Below, piece by piece: positions 20,916 to 31,153 of a stretch of DNA of 64,000 nt (within the stretch, counting starts at the first letter, position 1; each line of letters starts with the position of its first letter). The translations under genes and the position numbers were made by a program. The notes beneath the pieces are model-generated. The model was given only the letters and a program-made list of their open reading frames with translations. It made no database searches and was not told the origin of the DNA. This DNA comes from an uncultured Nitrospinota bacterium (GTDB taxonomy: Bacteria; Tectomicrobia; Entotheonellia; J063; CAVPRW01), in NCBI GenBank assembly GCA_963707985.1, contig CAVPRW010000005.1:126236-190235 (forward strand), written 5' to 3'.

Positions 20916-21959
20916 CTATCCCTTGCTCATCATACGCGTGAGGACGTTCGCCGTATACTCCACAATCGACATCATGCGAGGATATTCCATGCGCTTTGGG
21001 CCGATAATCCCCACCAGGCCAACAGGTTGGTCGCCCTCCTTGTAGATATGGGTGACCAAACTGCACTCCATCACGTCTTCGATCGCACTTTCGGAGCCGA
21101 TGACGACGTTAACGCCGTCGGTCTCCAGACAACGATCGAGAATGCACAGTAACTTCTCTTTCTCTTCCAGAGTCCGCAACACTGCCCGCATGCGTTCCTG
21201 GTGTTGCGCAAACTCCGGTTGATCTATGATATGTGCTGTACCACCGACCCGCACTTCCCCAGGGTTGGCAAGCGGCGATTCTTCCGAGAAGGCTTTCTGA
21301 CTCAGATCCATGGCCCGGCGTACCAGCAAATCATACTGAGCTCGCTCCTGGGCCATGAGTTGTGTCACCCGTCGACGAATCTCCGGGAGCGTTAGACCGG
21401 CGAATTCGCTGGCGACATAGCGGTTGATGATGTCCAACTGATCCTGGGTGAGATCCTCTTCGAGCTCGATAACCCGATTACTGATGAACCCCGACCGGGC
21501 CACAATGATTGCCAGCACCTGCTGCGAGCGCAACCGAATGAATTGCAGATGCGCTACGACCACGGCCGCCAGGCGTGGGAGCAGGACTAGCGCTGCCTGT
21601 TGCGTGAGGGAGGCAAGAATCTGCGAGGTCATCTCCATGAGATCCCCGACGTCGCGCGCTGGCGCAGCGTAATAGCTTTCGTCGATTCTCGCTACCTGTT
21701 CTTTGGGAAGGTTGGGAACTTGCCATAAGCTGTCAACGTAGAAACGATAGCCTTTATCGGTGGGGATGCGACCTGCCGAAATGTGCGGTTGCACCAGGTA
21801 TCCCAACTCCTCCAAGCGCCCCATGACGTGGCGAATCGTTGCTGGACTGAGGGCCATGCGGTAGCCACGTGAGATCGTCCGTGAGGCTACGGGCTCCACG
21901 GTGGTGATATACACGTGCACGATTGCCTTTAATATGCGCTGTTCGCGTGAAGTCAGCAT
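20916..21959 (-). CDS. hrcA: Heat-inducible transcription repressor HrcA
   Basis: EPVASR, SPATIR, QPHISAGRIPTDKGYRFYVD, GIIGPKRMEY. Confidence 0.96.
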   Translation of the reverse strand: MLTSREQRILKAIVHVYITTVEPVASRTISRGYRMALSPATIRHVMGRLEELGYLVQPHISAGRIPTDKGYRFYVDSLWQVPNLPKEQVARIDESYYAAPARDVGDLMEMTSQILASLTQQAALVLLPRLAAVVVAHLQFIRLRSQQVLAIIVARSGFISNRVIELEEDLTQDQLDIINRYVASEFAGLTLPEIRRRVTQLMAQERAQYDLLVRRAMDLSQKAFSEESPLANPGEVRVGGTAHIIDQPEFAQHQERMRAVLRTLEEKEKLLCILDRCLETDGVNVVIGSESAIEDVMECSLVTHIYKEGDQPVGLVGIIGPKRMEYPRMMSIVEYTANVLTRMMSKG

Positions 21960-22127
21960 GGCTTCCATGCGCGCTTCCGGTCTCCCCCGAACTGAATGTG
22001 TACCGCTCGGCACCCATCGGATCTCTGGTACAGCTTATTGTAGCATTGACGGCCCAGCGCTTCAATCGCTCTTCACGGGCGAAACCTAGGGCAGCTCCTG
22101 CTTCCTAGGGAAGCCCGCTGTACGTTG

Positions 22128-22156
22128 ATAGTAATGGTGGTGGCGCAGAAAGTCAA
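22128..22156 (-). promoter_or_regulatory. Probable sigma70 promoter of hrcA-grpE-dnaJ
   Basis: TTGACT - 17 bp - TACTAT on the minus strand. Confidence 0.6.
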
Positions 22157-22302
22157 TCCGGTGACGTGGAGCCAAGTCAAGGCGTTACGTCCAGGCGTAT
22201 ACACCGTCGGTTGGGTACTGAAATCAGTAGAAAAAAGGTGGTGCCTATGCTAGCATGCAGCCAATCTTTCAACGATGTAGGCAGGGCATGGATAGGCGTG
22301 AC

Positions 22303-23307
22303 ATGGGGTTTGAAGACATAGCCATCTCTGACCGAGTGAGGCGGATGCTATTGCGGACTATCCAGCACCACTGTCTGCCGCCGGCTTACCTGTTCGTCGG
22401 CCCCGCAGGGGTGGGCAAACGGACCACGGCTATGGCCCTCGCGAAGGCGCTTAATTGCCCAGTCCAAAACGGTGATGCGTGCGAGCGATGTGCGGTCTGC
22501 CGGCGCATCGAGCGCCATCTATACCCTGATATTCACCTGGTCGAACCCCAAGGGCAAGTCATAAAGATCGATCAAGTCCGACAGTTACGCGAGGTCTTGG
22601 CGCTACAAGCATATGAGGGGCGCGTGAAAGTGGCTATCCTCGACGATGTTGGTAAGTTGACGGTCGAGGCCGGGAACGCCCTGCTAAAAGTGCTCGAGGA
22701 GCCACCGGTTGAAACGTTGTTCGTGCTCATCTGCCAGCATCTGGGGAATCTCCCGGCGACCGTGACTTCCCGGGCACAGGTCGTGCGTTTCGGCCTGCTG
22801 GCGCATGAACAGGTCGTGGCATTGCTGCGGCAGCGCGGGTGCGAACCGGCAGCAGCCGAGCGTACCACCTGCCTCAGTGGTGATCGACCAGGAGTCGCCC
22901 TGGCACTCGATCTCCCCGCCACGCTAGCACGTCGTGCAGACGCCCTCCAGCTGTGGACTCAGGGGCGGACGGGCGATGCCTCCGTGCTGTTAACCAGTGC
23001 TGAGCAGTGGGCAAGACGCAAGACTGATCTGGACCTGCTCTTCGAGATGTTTCTGTCACTCATCCGTGATGTGGCGGTGTCCCGTGCAGGCGGGAGGGAG
23101 ACCCTGCTCATGCACACAGATATCCGCGAGGCCCTATCACCCCTGGCGGCCGGGGTTCCATCCGCCACACTGTGGGAAGTGTTCGAGATCGTACACTCGA
23201 CTCGGGAAGCCATCGCGCACAATGCCAATCCACAGCTTGCCTTTGAGGTGATGCTCTTCAAAATCGGAGACGCGTATGAGCGAGCTCGCCAACGTGATCG
23301 CCAGTGA
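22303..23307 (+). CDS. holB: DNA polymerase III subunit delta'
   Basis: AYLFVGPAGVGK, LNC...CERCAVC Zn site, IKIDQVR, NALLKVLEEPP. Confidence 0.93.
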   Translation: MGFEDIAISDRVRRMLLRTIQHHCLPPAYLFVGPAGVGKRTTAMALAKALNCPVQNGDACERCAVCRRIERHLYPDIHLVEPQGQVIKIDQVRQLREVLALQAYEGRVKVAILDDVGKLTVEAGNALLKVLEEPPVETLFVLICQHLGNLPATVTSRAQVVRFGLLAHEQVVALLRQRGCEPAAAERTTCLSGDRPGVALALDLPATLARRADALQLWTQGRTGDASVLLTSAEQWARRKTDLDLLFEMFLSLIRDVAVSRAGGRETLLMHTDIREALSPLAAGVPSATLWEVFEIVHSTREAIAHNANPQLAFEVMLFKIGDAYERARQRDRQ

Positions 23308-24025
23308 CAGTGATCCTTTCTCGCCTGACTCCCAGCTGTACGTCGTCGGCGTGCAGTTATCGAAGCGACTGGCGAGCAAGTCATCGAGCTATAGTGTTGA
23401 GGGGAAATGGCTGCGATTGGGGGACACGTGCGTGGTCGAGCATGGCGATGACTATGCACTTGGGAAAGTTTGGTTACCGCCGCGGCTGCCTGCACGTGCT
23501 CGCAGCCTTCCTAAGCCACGGGTCATTCGTAAAGCCTCCATTGAGGACCTCGACCTAGAGAAACGCCGCGAAACCTTGGAACAAGAAGCACAGGCCCATG
23601 CGGCGAGCGCCATTCGTAACCACGCCCTCCCCATGAAGCTAAGCAAAGTCGAGTACAGCTTCGATGGGCGTAAAGCAACGTTTTTCTTTACGGCGGAGGG
23701 ACGGATCGATTTTCGGGAGCTGGTGCGGGATCTGGCGCATCGCCTTCGCATTCGCGTTGAGATGCGCCAGGTCGGTGTCAGGGACGAGGCAAGCCTCCTG
23801 GGGGGCGTGGGTGTTTGCGGTCGAGAGCTGTGCTGTAGCACGTGGCTCAAAGACCTCAAGCCGGTGTCGATCAAAGCCGCCAAACAACAGGGGCTCATGC
23901 TGAACCCCTCGAAGCTCTCGGGCTTGTGTGGCCGCCTCCGTTGCTGTCTCAACTACGAGCTGTCCGGGTATGGGGGGGGTAGTGGTGGCTGTGGCACCTG
24001 TCATTGTGGCAAGGGCGCCAAGTAG
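23276..24025 (+). CDS. PSP1 C-terminal domain protein (YaaT/RicT-like)
   Basis: FTAEGRIDFRELV, CGRELCC, KLSGLCGRLRCCLNYE; typical position between holB and metG. Confidence 0.92.
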   Translation: MSELANVIASDSDPFSPDSQLYVVGVQLSKRLASKSSSYSVEGKWLRLGDTCVVEHGDDYALGKVWLPPRLPARARSLPKPRVIRKASIEDLDLEKRRETLEQEAQAHAASAIRNHALPMKLSKVEYSFDGRKATFFFTAEGRIDFRELVRDLAHRLRIRVEMRQVGVRDEASLLGGVGVCGRELCCSTWLKDLKPVSIKAAKQQGLMLNPSKLSGLCGRLRCCLNYELSGYGGGSGGCGTCHCGKGAK

Positions 24026-24043
24026 GCGTCTTGGAGAGGAGCT

Positions 24044-25999
24044 ATGGCGCAGGAGAAGTTTTACCTTACGACCCCGATATATTACGTCAACGATGTCCCA
24101 CACATCGGTCATGCCTATACCACCATCGCTGCGGATGTCCTGGCGCGGTATAAACGTCTGGCAGGCTATGAGGTGTTTTTTCTCACCGGCACTGATGAGC
24201 ACGGCATCAAGATCGAACGCTCAGCCCGCGACCGTGGCATTTCGCCGCAGGAATGGACCGATACGATCTCGGATCACTTTCGGCACCTGTGGGCACGGCT
24301 GAATATTTCCTACGACGATTTCATCCGTACCAGCCAACCGCGCCATAAGGCAGTGGCTCAGGCAGTGTTCCAGAAGGCCTATGAGAAAGGCGACATTTAT
24401 AAGGGCGTGTATGAGGGATGGTACTGTATCCCCGATGAGACCTTCTTGCTGGAATCCGAGGTCAAGGACGGCAAGTGCCCAATTTGTGGGCGACTGGTTG
24501 AATGGATCACCGAAGACGCCTATTTCTTCCGATTGTCACACTATCAGGATTGGATTCTCAATCATATCGAAAGCCATCCGACCTTCATTCAACCGGTATC
24601 ACGCCGCAATGAGGTGCTGAGTTTTGTACGCGGTGGTCTGCGCGACCTCTGCGTCAGTCGCAGCACTTTCACCTGGGGGATCCCGGTGCCGTTCGATCCT
24701 AGTCAGGTGATCTATGTCTGGATCGATGCCCTCACCAACTACCTCACTGCCATCGGCTATGGAGTTGATGCGGAAACCTTTCAGAGGTTTTGGCCGGCGA
24801 ATATTCACCTTATTGGCAAGGAGATCCTGCGTTTCCATGCAGTCATCTGGCCCATTCTGCTGCGCTCTGTAGATCTGCCGCCCCCGGAGCAGGTCTTCGC
24901 CCATGGCTGGTGGACAGCTGATGGCGAGAAGATGTCGAAATCAACGGGAAACGTCATTGATCCCGGCAAACTGGTGGAAGAACTAGCCCAGCACGCTGGT
25001 GCATCGCTGGATACTGCAGTGGATGCCATCCGTTATTTCGTGCTGCGGGAGGTCGCTTTTGGGCTCGACGGCGATTTCTCGCATGTGGCGTTGAGGCAGC
25101 GCTTTAACTCCGACCTCGCCAACGACTTGGGCAACTTGCTGAGCCGCACGCTGACCATGCTGCAGCGCTACTGCCAGGGGACTGTCCCGCAACCTACAGC
25201 CTCGGAGTCCGCGCCCAATGTGCTGGCGGAAGCCGCTGCCAAACTATTGCCGGACCTTGACCCCTTGCTCAATGAGTTAGCGTTTCATCGGGCGCTTGCG
25301 CGCCTGTGGGAGTATGTTCGGCTGGTGAATCGGTATATCGACGAGCAGGCGCCATGGGCGCTCGCACGGGATCCCGCTCAGCGTCGTGAGCTCGATACCG
25401 TCCTGTACAACCAGGTCGAGAGTCTGCGGATCATCGGCCTGTTGCTGTTTCCCTTTATGCCCCATACGGCTGCGTCGATGTGGCGCCAGTTAGGGATTCA
25501 GGATGAGATCGCAACGCAGCGCCTGGCGACGGGGATGGTGTGGCGAGGTACACGCCCTGGAACACTGATCCAGCCCGGCGAGCAACTGTTTCCACGCATC
25601 GATGCTGGTCGTCCGCTCGTCGTGGCTGCACCAACCGCCGAGGTTGCTGTCGAGTCACCGATGGAGGCTACGCCCGTGCAGGTGAGCTATGAAGACTTTC
25701 AAAAGCTGGACTTGCGGGTGGGACGTATTGTGACTGCTGAGCCTGTACCCAAAGCCAATAAATTGCTCAAGTTGACTGTAGACGTGGGGCAGGAGCAACG
25801 CACTGTGGTGGCCGGGATCGCGGCGAGTTATCATCCCGAGGCGCTGGTTGGGAAAAGCATCATCCTGGTGGCGAATCTGGCCCCCAAAACTCTCCGCGGT
25901 GTAGAGTCGCAGGGGATGGTGCTAGCCGCTGAGTCGGATGGTCAGATCGTCCTGGCCAGCTTCGATAGCCCGGTCAATCCGGGATCACAGGTGAAATGA
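24044..25999 (+). CDS. metG: Methionine-tRNA ligase with C-terminal tRNA-binding domain
   Basis: TTPIYYVN, HIGH, KMSKS, C-terminal EMAP/Trbp111-like domain. Confidence 0.97.
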   Translation: MAQEKFYLTTPIYYVNDVPHIGHAYTTIAADVLARYKRLAGYEVFFLTGTDEHGIKIERSARDRGISPQEWTDTISDHFRHLWARLNISYDDFIRTSQPRHKAVAQAVFQKAYEKGDIYKGVYEGWYCIPDETFLLESEVKDGKCPICGRLVEWITEDAYFFRLSHYQDWILNHIESHPTFIQPVSRRNEVLSFVRGGLRDLCVSRSTFTWGIPVPFDPSQVIYVWIDALTNYLTAIGYGVDAETFQRFWPANIHLIGKEILRFHAVIWPILLRSVDLPPPEQVFAHGWWTADGEKMSKSTGNVIDPGKLVEELAQHAGASLDTAVDAIRYFVLREVAFGLDGDFSHVALRQRFNSDLANDLGNLLSRTLTMLQRYCQGTVPQPTASESAPNVLAEAAAKLLPDLDPLLNELAFHRALARLWEYVRLVNRYIDEQAPWALARDPAQRRELDTVLYNQVESLRIIGLLLFPFMPHTAASMWRQLGIQDEIATQRLATGMVWRGTRPGTLIQPGEQLFPRIDAGRPLVVAAPTAEVAVESPMEATPVQVSYEDFQKLDLRVGRIVTAEPVPKANKLLKLTVDVGQEQRTVVAGIAASYHPEALVGKSIILVANLAPKTLRGVESQGMVLAAESDGQIVLASFDSPVNPGSQVK

Positions 26000-26793
26000 T
26001 CATGCTCATCGATTCTCATGCGCACCTCGACATGCCACATTTCGACGCCGATCGCGACGCTGTCATCGCCCGGGCACGGGATGCGGGCGTCGCAGCTATC
26101 TTGACTCTTGGTGTGGATAGACCTAGCAGCCAGCGCGCGGTAACACTGGCCCAGCAGTACGGGGGGGTGTTTGCCGCGGTGGGCATCCACCCGCACGAGG
26201 CCAAGCATGCCACGCCAGAGGACTACAAAGTGTTGATGGGACTCGCCCGTGAGCGCGAGCTGAACCGCATCATCGCCTGGGGGGAAATCGGTCTGGATTA
26301 TCACTATGACCACTCTCCCCGAGATGTACAACAACGCGAGTTTCGCCGTCAGATCCGCATAGCGCGAGAGCTCGACCTGCCCGTGTGTATCCATAGTCGA
26401 GAGGCGCACGACGATGTTCTGACGATCCTCGATGAGGAACATGCGATCGATGCTGGTGTAGTCATGCATTGTTTCTCTGGGGATGAGCTGGTGGCCCGGC
26501 GCTGCCTCGATCTGGGCTTTTATATCTCCTTTGCCGGCCCCGTGACGTTCACCAATGCCCGTGATCTGCCGACCATCGTCCCGCTTATACCCGATGAGCG
26601 TTTGCTCATCGAAACTGACGCCCCGTATCTCTCCCCTCATCCCTGGCGTGGCCGAGAGCATCGCAATGAGCCGGCCCGAGTGGCTATCATCGCCGCACGC
26701 CTCGCGGAGCTCAAAGGTATTGGCGTCGAGGCCGTGGGGCAACGCGTGACCGAGAACTTCAAGACGGTCTTTAAAGTCCCAGCCGTTGGGTGA
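25996..26793 (+). CDS. tatD: TatD family DNase
   Basis: IDSHAHL, GIHPH, GEIGLDY, HSRE, HCFSG, ETDAPY. Confidence 0.95.
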   Translation: MIMLIDSHAHLDMPHFDADRDAVIARARDAGVAAILTLGVDRPSSQRAVTLAQQYGGVFAAVGIHPHEAKHATPEDYKVLMGLARERELNRIIAWGEIGLDYHYDHSPRDVQQREFRRQIRIARELDLPVCIHSREAHDDVLTILDEEHAIDAGVVMHCFSGDELVARRCLDLGFYISFAGPVTFTNARDLPTIVPLIPDERLLIETDAPYLSPHPWRGREHRNEPARVAIIAARLAELKGIGVEAVGQRVTENFKTVFKVPAVG

Positions 26794-26805
26794 CGGGTTA
26801 GCGGG

Positions 26806-27654
26806 TTAAAAGCCGTAGGCGGGGTTCTTGGAATCGAAATCGACGTCGGTGAGTCCAGGGTTTAAGCGCACGTCAAGGTAGCCGTAGCGCTCGATCAACT
26901 GCCCATGCCAGTCGAAGATTTCGGCATACACTGGCAACTGATACTCGTGGTCCACGTCAATGATGGCGCTCATACAGTAATAGCCCTTGGCGGGGTCGGC
27001 GGGGAAATGTAAGATGTAGCGCTGAGACGGACGATCGAAAGCGAGATGCTGACCACGATCTTCGATGGTCAACTCATTACGTTGCATGCCCCGAGAGGCA
27101 TTCTCGGTGATGAGGTCAAGGAGCTTCCCAATACCCACCTCGGTGATGGCATGTCGACTACCCTTCCTGGCACGGGGGCTTTGTGGATCAAGACTCACAG
27201 TGACCGCGCCGACGGGTAGCGGCAGGCGTACCCAAAGCTCATTACCATCGACTCCCGCCGGATAGAGTGCCTGACGGCCTTCATGGTTTCCTTTCAGCCA
27301 GCGCAGGTATACCTTCAGCGGCTTCTTAAATTTCAGCAGAAGCCGCTGGTCCGGGTCAAGCTCCCGATCGACGCGTTCCTGCAGGATAAAGGTCGCGGTA
27401 TAGTGGTCAACCCGGTCATACGCCTGTCGCATCTCTTCGATCTTCTGCGCAAACGGCGCTGAGCCCCCTACCGTGCCTGCCACCGAAGCAGGGCAAACCA
27501 AAACCAAGACCAGAACTGGGGTCAGGGTGGCCAGAACGATTAAATGCACACCTCGGAGTCCTGCGACTGAGCCTCGGGTCACCACTATGCCCCTCGTCCG
27601 TATACCCATCCATGCCGTGAGTTCACCGGAACTGCTGCACGGGACGCATAACAC
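26806..27654 (-). CDS. Exported LolA-fold-like protein (DUF1571-like); start uncertain
   Basis: Hydrophobic N-terminal segment, FKKPLKVYLRW, RHAITEVGIG, LNPGLTDVDFDSKNPAYGF. Confidence 0.7.
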   Translation of the reverse strand: MLCVPCSSSGELTAWMGIRTRGIVVTRGSVAGLRGVHLIVLATLTPVLVLVLVCPASVAGTVGGSAPFAQKIEEMRQAYDRVDHYTATFILQERVDRELDPDQRLLLKFKKPLKVYLRWLKGNHEGRQALYPAGVDGNELWVRLPLPVGAVTVSLDPQSPRARKGSRHAITEVGIGKLLDLITENASRGMQRNELTIEDRGQHLAFDRPSQRYILHFPADPAKGYYCMSAIIDVDHEYQLPVYAEIFDWHGQLIERYGYLDVRLNPGLTDVDFDSKNPAYGF

Positions 27655-27700
27655 ACGGGTCGTGGCTGTTCAGCTCCCCACCGGCGGTAGTCCCAGTCGC

Positions 27701-29095
27701 TCAAACGTGATAGCTGCGCCGTCCTTCGACCGTCTCCTTGTTTAATTTATCATTGAGATGCAGGCCTTCGAGGATAAATTCCACAGCTGAGGCCACAGCC
27801 GTAGCGTTATCGAAGCTGCCAAGGGCGATCACGCCATCCATCAGGTCGCCATGTTCACCCACGATGCGACTGTAGTCTTGCGCCAACATCATGTCGGACA
27901 CCTCGATGGCCGAACCTCCCTTAAAGCGTTCGATGAATTTTCTGAACGTATCAACTTTAAGAGAACGATTGAAGACTTTTCGGACCGCCTTCTTAATCAG
28001 GTCGTCGACGATTGCCTTTTCCCGTCCTTCCTCGATGCTTTCGAGCTCGATTTTGCCCATGGTCGAAGCAAATAGATAGGGCAAGTCGCTGACGCGGGGG
28101 ACGACATCGTTTTCATTTAGGACAATGGCACGTCGCAACGCATTGCTAATCAGGGTTTCATAGTTGCTGATCGACATACGGACGCTGACGCCGGAGCGCT
28201 GGTTGATCTCGGGGCTCCGCCGTGCCGAATCGGTCAGCTCGGCGACGATCTCTTTCATAAAGGTCGGCACCGTCACCCGATAGGGTGCGTTATCAAACTG
28301 CTTGCGTTCCGTCTCCATGATACTGATTTCTTCATCAATGGCGGTCGGATAATGCGTGCGGATCTCGGCACCATAGCGATCTTTCAATGGTGTGATGATA
28401 CGGCCACGGTTGGTATAATCTTCAGGGTTGGCACTAGCGACGATATAGACATCAAGCGGTAGGCGAATTTTGAAACCACGGATCTGCAAGTCGCGCTCTT
28501 CCATGATATTGAACAAACCGACCTGAATCTTCTCAGAGAGATCGGGTAATTCATTGATGGCGAACACCCCGCGATTCGTCCGCGGGATGAGGCCATAGTG
28601 AATGACCAATTCATCGGAGAGGTAACGCCCCTCAGCCACCTTAATCGGATCGATTTCACCAATGAGGTCGGCAGTGGTCACGTCAGGGGTGGCGAGCTTC
28701 TCTCCATAGCGTTGAGAGCGGGGCAGCCAGGCAATTGGTGTTTGAGCCCCTTGTTCTTCAGCCATCTGGCGGCCATGCATACTGATGGGATCGAAGGGAT
28801 CGTCATTGACCTCAGAGCCCTCAATGACCGGCACTTCTTCATCCAGGAAATTCACGAGGCTGCGGATGATGCGTGTTTTCGCCTGCCCCCGTTCGCCCAA
28901 AAAGATAATATCCTGTCCGGCGAGGATGGCGTTGACGATTTGCGGGATGACCGTCTGATCGTAGCCAACAATGCCGGGGAACAGTGTCTCTTTGCGTCCG
29001 AGCTTGGCGATGAGATTCTTGCGCATCTCCTCTTTGACCGACAGGACCCGATAGCCTTGCTTTTCAAGCTCGCCCAGTGTTCTTGCCTTCTCCAT
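27701..29095 (-). CDS. AAA+ ATPase, Mg-chelatase ChlI-like
   Basis: GERGQAKT Walker A, INELPDL, SANPEDYTNRGRIITPLKDR. Confidence 0.88.
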   Translation of the reverse strand: MEKARTLGELEKQGYRVLSVKEEMRKNLIAKLGRKETLFPGIVGYDQTVIPQIVNAILAGQDIIFLGERGQAKTRIIRSLVNFLDEEVPVIEGSEVNDDPFDPISMHGRQMAEEQGAQTPIAWLPRSQRYGEKLATPDVTTADLIGEIDPIKVAEGRYLSDELVIHYGLIPRTNRGVFAINELPDLSEKIQVGLFNIMEERDLQIRGFKIRLPLDVYIVASANPEDYTNRGRIITPLKDRYGAEIRTHYPTAIDEEISIMETERKQFDNAPYRVTVPTFMKEIVAELTDSARRSPEINQRSGVSVRMSISNYETLISNALRRAIVLNENDVVPRVSDLPYLFASTMGKIELESIEEGREKAIVDDLIKKAVRKVFNRSLKVDTFRKFIERFKGGSAIEVSDMMLAQDYSRIVGEHGDLMDGVIALGSFDNATAVASAVEFILEGLHLNDKLNKETVEGRRSYHV

Positions 29096-29333
29096 GCGTA
29101 TGCTCCTAGAATGGTATTCTCGAACCTTCCCGACCCTCTTCAGGCATGGCCATGTGGTCCAGCTCCTGGTCGTGCTCCCGAAGGGCACTTACGTGACAAT
29201 ACTGTATTCTTTATAGGCCCGCTAACGTTGAGTTGCAGCCAGGCAACGGCCCCAACCCTGTGGCAGGATGACTTCATCCCACCGAGGCACTGTACGAAAT
29301 CCCTTTGCAGCTCGTCAAGTCTTTTCCCTCAGC

Positions 29334-29543
29334 TCAGTCTCGGACTGCTCGTCGGCGAGATTCTGCATTGGTGGGGAGGGCAGATTCCTCAGGGTGGCTC
29401 GCGACCACGTATCGGCCCGCGAGCCACCCTTCCAGGTCCGCCAATCGACACCGTTCGGAGCAGAACGGCCGGTGGGGATTTTCTCTCCAAGTCGTCTCTT
29501 GTTTGCATATGGGACAGCGCACAGTCCGTCCCTCTTGGCTCAT
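29334..29543 (-). CDS. yacG: DNA gyrase inhibitor YacG
   Basis: CPIC...RPFCSERCRLADLEGW. Confidence 0.9.
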   Translation of the reverse strand: MSQEGRTVRCPICKQETTWRENPHRPFCSERCRLADLEGWLAGRYVVASHPEESALPTNAESRRRAVRD

Positions 29544-30154
29544 GAAGACACTCCCACGGCGGTCGTGCGCACCTGCTGGCGGGTTTCCTCGTTGGCTTGA
29601 ATCAATTCATCCATGATAGCTTTCGCCTGGCGTTGGACATTGTGCTTGAGCAGATTGAGGACCATGCGACCGGCCACGGTGTTGACCCCAGGGATATCGG
29701 GCAGGATGACCGCCTCGGGTTGTTCTTGCAGGCGCTTAAGCTCTGCAGTCACCATGGCATCATTGTACAGCGTGTGCTCGGGCAAGCAGTATCGCAACTT
29801 GACGTAATCCCTCTCCTTAGTTTCTTCCTCGCTGATTTCGCGGATGATATTTTCCATATCAATGGATAAGGGTACCTTGCCCGAGCGCTGCATCAAGGCT
29901 CTCACCGCTTCGAAATATTTCATCATATCGGCCTTGCCTGGCAGTTCATCTTGAGGGATCTTGGAGCTGACTTCGAACTCGACTCCGTCCTGGGTGATTT
30001 TGGCGGGGCCAATTTCATAGGTGATGCCTTCGACGTTGAAGCGGTCCCCCTTCTTGGGCTCGTAGTGGTTCCGATAGTCGGCGATAAGCTCGGTCAGACC
30101 GAGAGAGGCAAACTGTAGGAAAAACTGTTGCTTGAAATTAGTCATGGCCGTCAC
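29540..30154 (-). CDS. Hypothetical protein
   Basis: 204 aa ORF with GGAGG RBS; overlaps the yacG start (ATGA). Confidence 0.75.
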   Translation of the reverse strand: MTAMTNFKQQFFLQFASLGLTELIADYRNHYEPKKGDRFNVEGITYEIGPAKITQDGVEFEVSSKIPQDELPGKADMMKYFEAVRALMQRSGKVPLSIDMENIIREISEEETKERDYVKLRYCLPEHTLYNDAMVTAELKRLQEQPEAVILPDIPGVNTVAGRMVLNLLKHNVQRQAKAIMDELIQANEETRQQVRTTAVGVSS

Positions 30155-30178
30155 ATCCTCCCTCTACCATCTCCATTG

Positions 30179-31153
30179 CTAGGACAGCACCTCCGGATTG
30201 ACGAGATTCGGTGGTCGACGCCCTTGGAGGGCCTCGACCAGATTGGTGGCCGCCATGACGGCCATTTTCATCCGTGTCTCAACTGACGCACTGGCAATAT
30301 GTGGCGCCAGGGTCACATTGTCGAGTTCGGCCAAACCAGAGGCCATAGATGGCTCATACTCGTAGACATCCAGACCAGCCCCTGCGATCCGACGCTTCTG
30401 CAATGCTTGCACGAGAGCTGTCTCATCGACAACTGGGCCGCGCGAGGCATTGACCAAATGGGCAGTCTTCTTCATCATCATCAACTCTTTGGTGGAGACG
30501 TAGTGATGAGTCTGGGGCAACAAGGGGATGTGCAGGGTAACGAAGTCGGCTTCGCGGAACAACGTCTCTTTGTCCACAAACTGTGCCCCTAATTCGCGTT
30601 CGACCTCGGCGGGGGCTTGCACGGCATCGGTATATAGGAGGCGCATCTCAAACCCTCTCGCCCGCTTGGCTACGCCGCGTCCAATTCGTCCGAGGCCACA
30701 GATGCCGAGCGTCTTCCCGAAGATGTCCTCACCACATAGCATCATGATCCCCCAGCCGGTATACTTCCCAGCCCGTGCATATCGATCTGCCTCGACAAGC
30801 CGGCGGGCCGAAGCCAATAGCAAACACCATGTGAAATCGGCTGTCGTGTCATCGAGGACGCCTGGAGTATTGGTCACGATGATCCTCCGGCGAGTCGCGG
30901 CTTGGACATCGATATTATCATATCCAACAGCGACATTGGCGACGACTTTGAGTTGTGGGCTGGCGCCGAGGATGGCGTCATTGATGTCGTCGGTCAGCAG
31001 GCACAGCATGCCTTCTTTGTCTGTAATTTTATCGATTAAATCTTCTTGTGATAAATTTATATCGTCCGTGTTCACTTCGGCATCACACGCGGCCAGCACG
31101 ATGTCTAGCCCCTCTTGAGGGATCATACGCGAGACGAACACCCTGGGTTTCAT
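30179..31153 (-). CDS. D-2-hydroxyacid dehydrogenase (glyoxylate reductase/D-glycerate dehydrogenase)
   Basis: AVGYDNID, GLGRIG, NASRG, LDVYEYEP, PHIAS. Confidence 0.93.
   Translation of the reverse strand: MKPRVFVSRMIPQEGLDIVLAACDAEVNTDDINLSQEDLIDKITDKEGMLCLLTDDINDAILGASPQLKVVANVAVGYDNIDVQAATRRRIIVTNTPGVLDDTTADFTWCLLLASARRLVEADRYARAGKYTGWGIMMLCGEDIFGKTLGICGLGRIGRGVAKRARGFEMRLLYTDAVQAPAEVERELGAQFVDKETLFREADFVTLHIPLLPQTHHYVSTKELMMMKKTAHLVNASRGPVVDETALVQALQKRRIAGAGLDVYEYEPSMASGLAELDNVTLAPHIASASVETRMKMAVMAATNLVEALQGRRPPNLVNPEVLS

Noticed and set aside
22035..22070. Possible degenerate CIRCE (GTAGCATTG...CAGCGCTTC) upstream of hrcA
   Set aside because: Wrong spacing and too many mismatches to TTAGCACTC-N9-GAGTGCTAA
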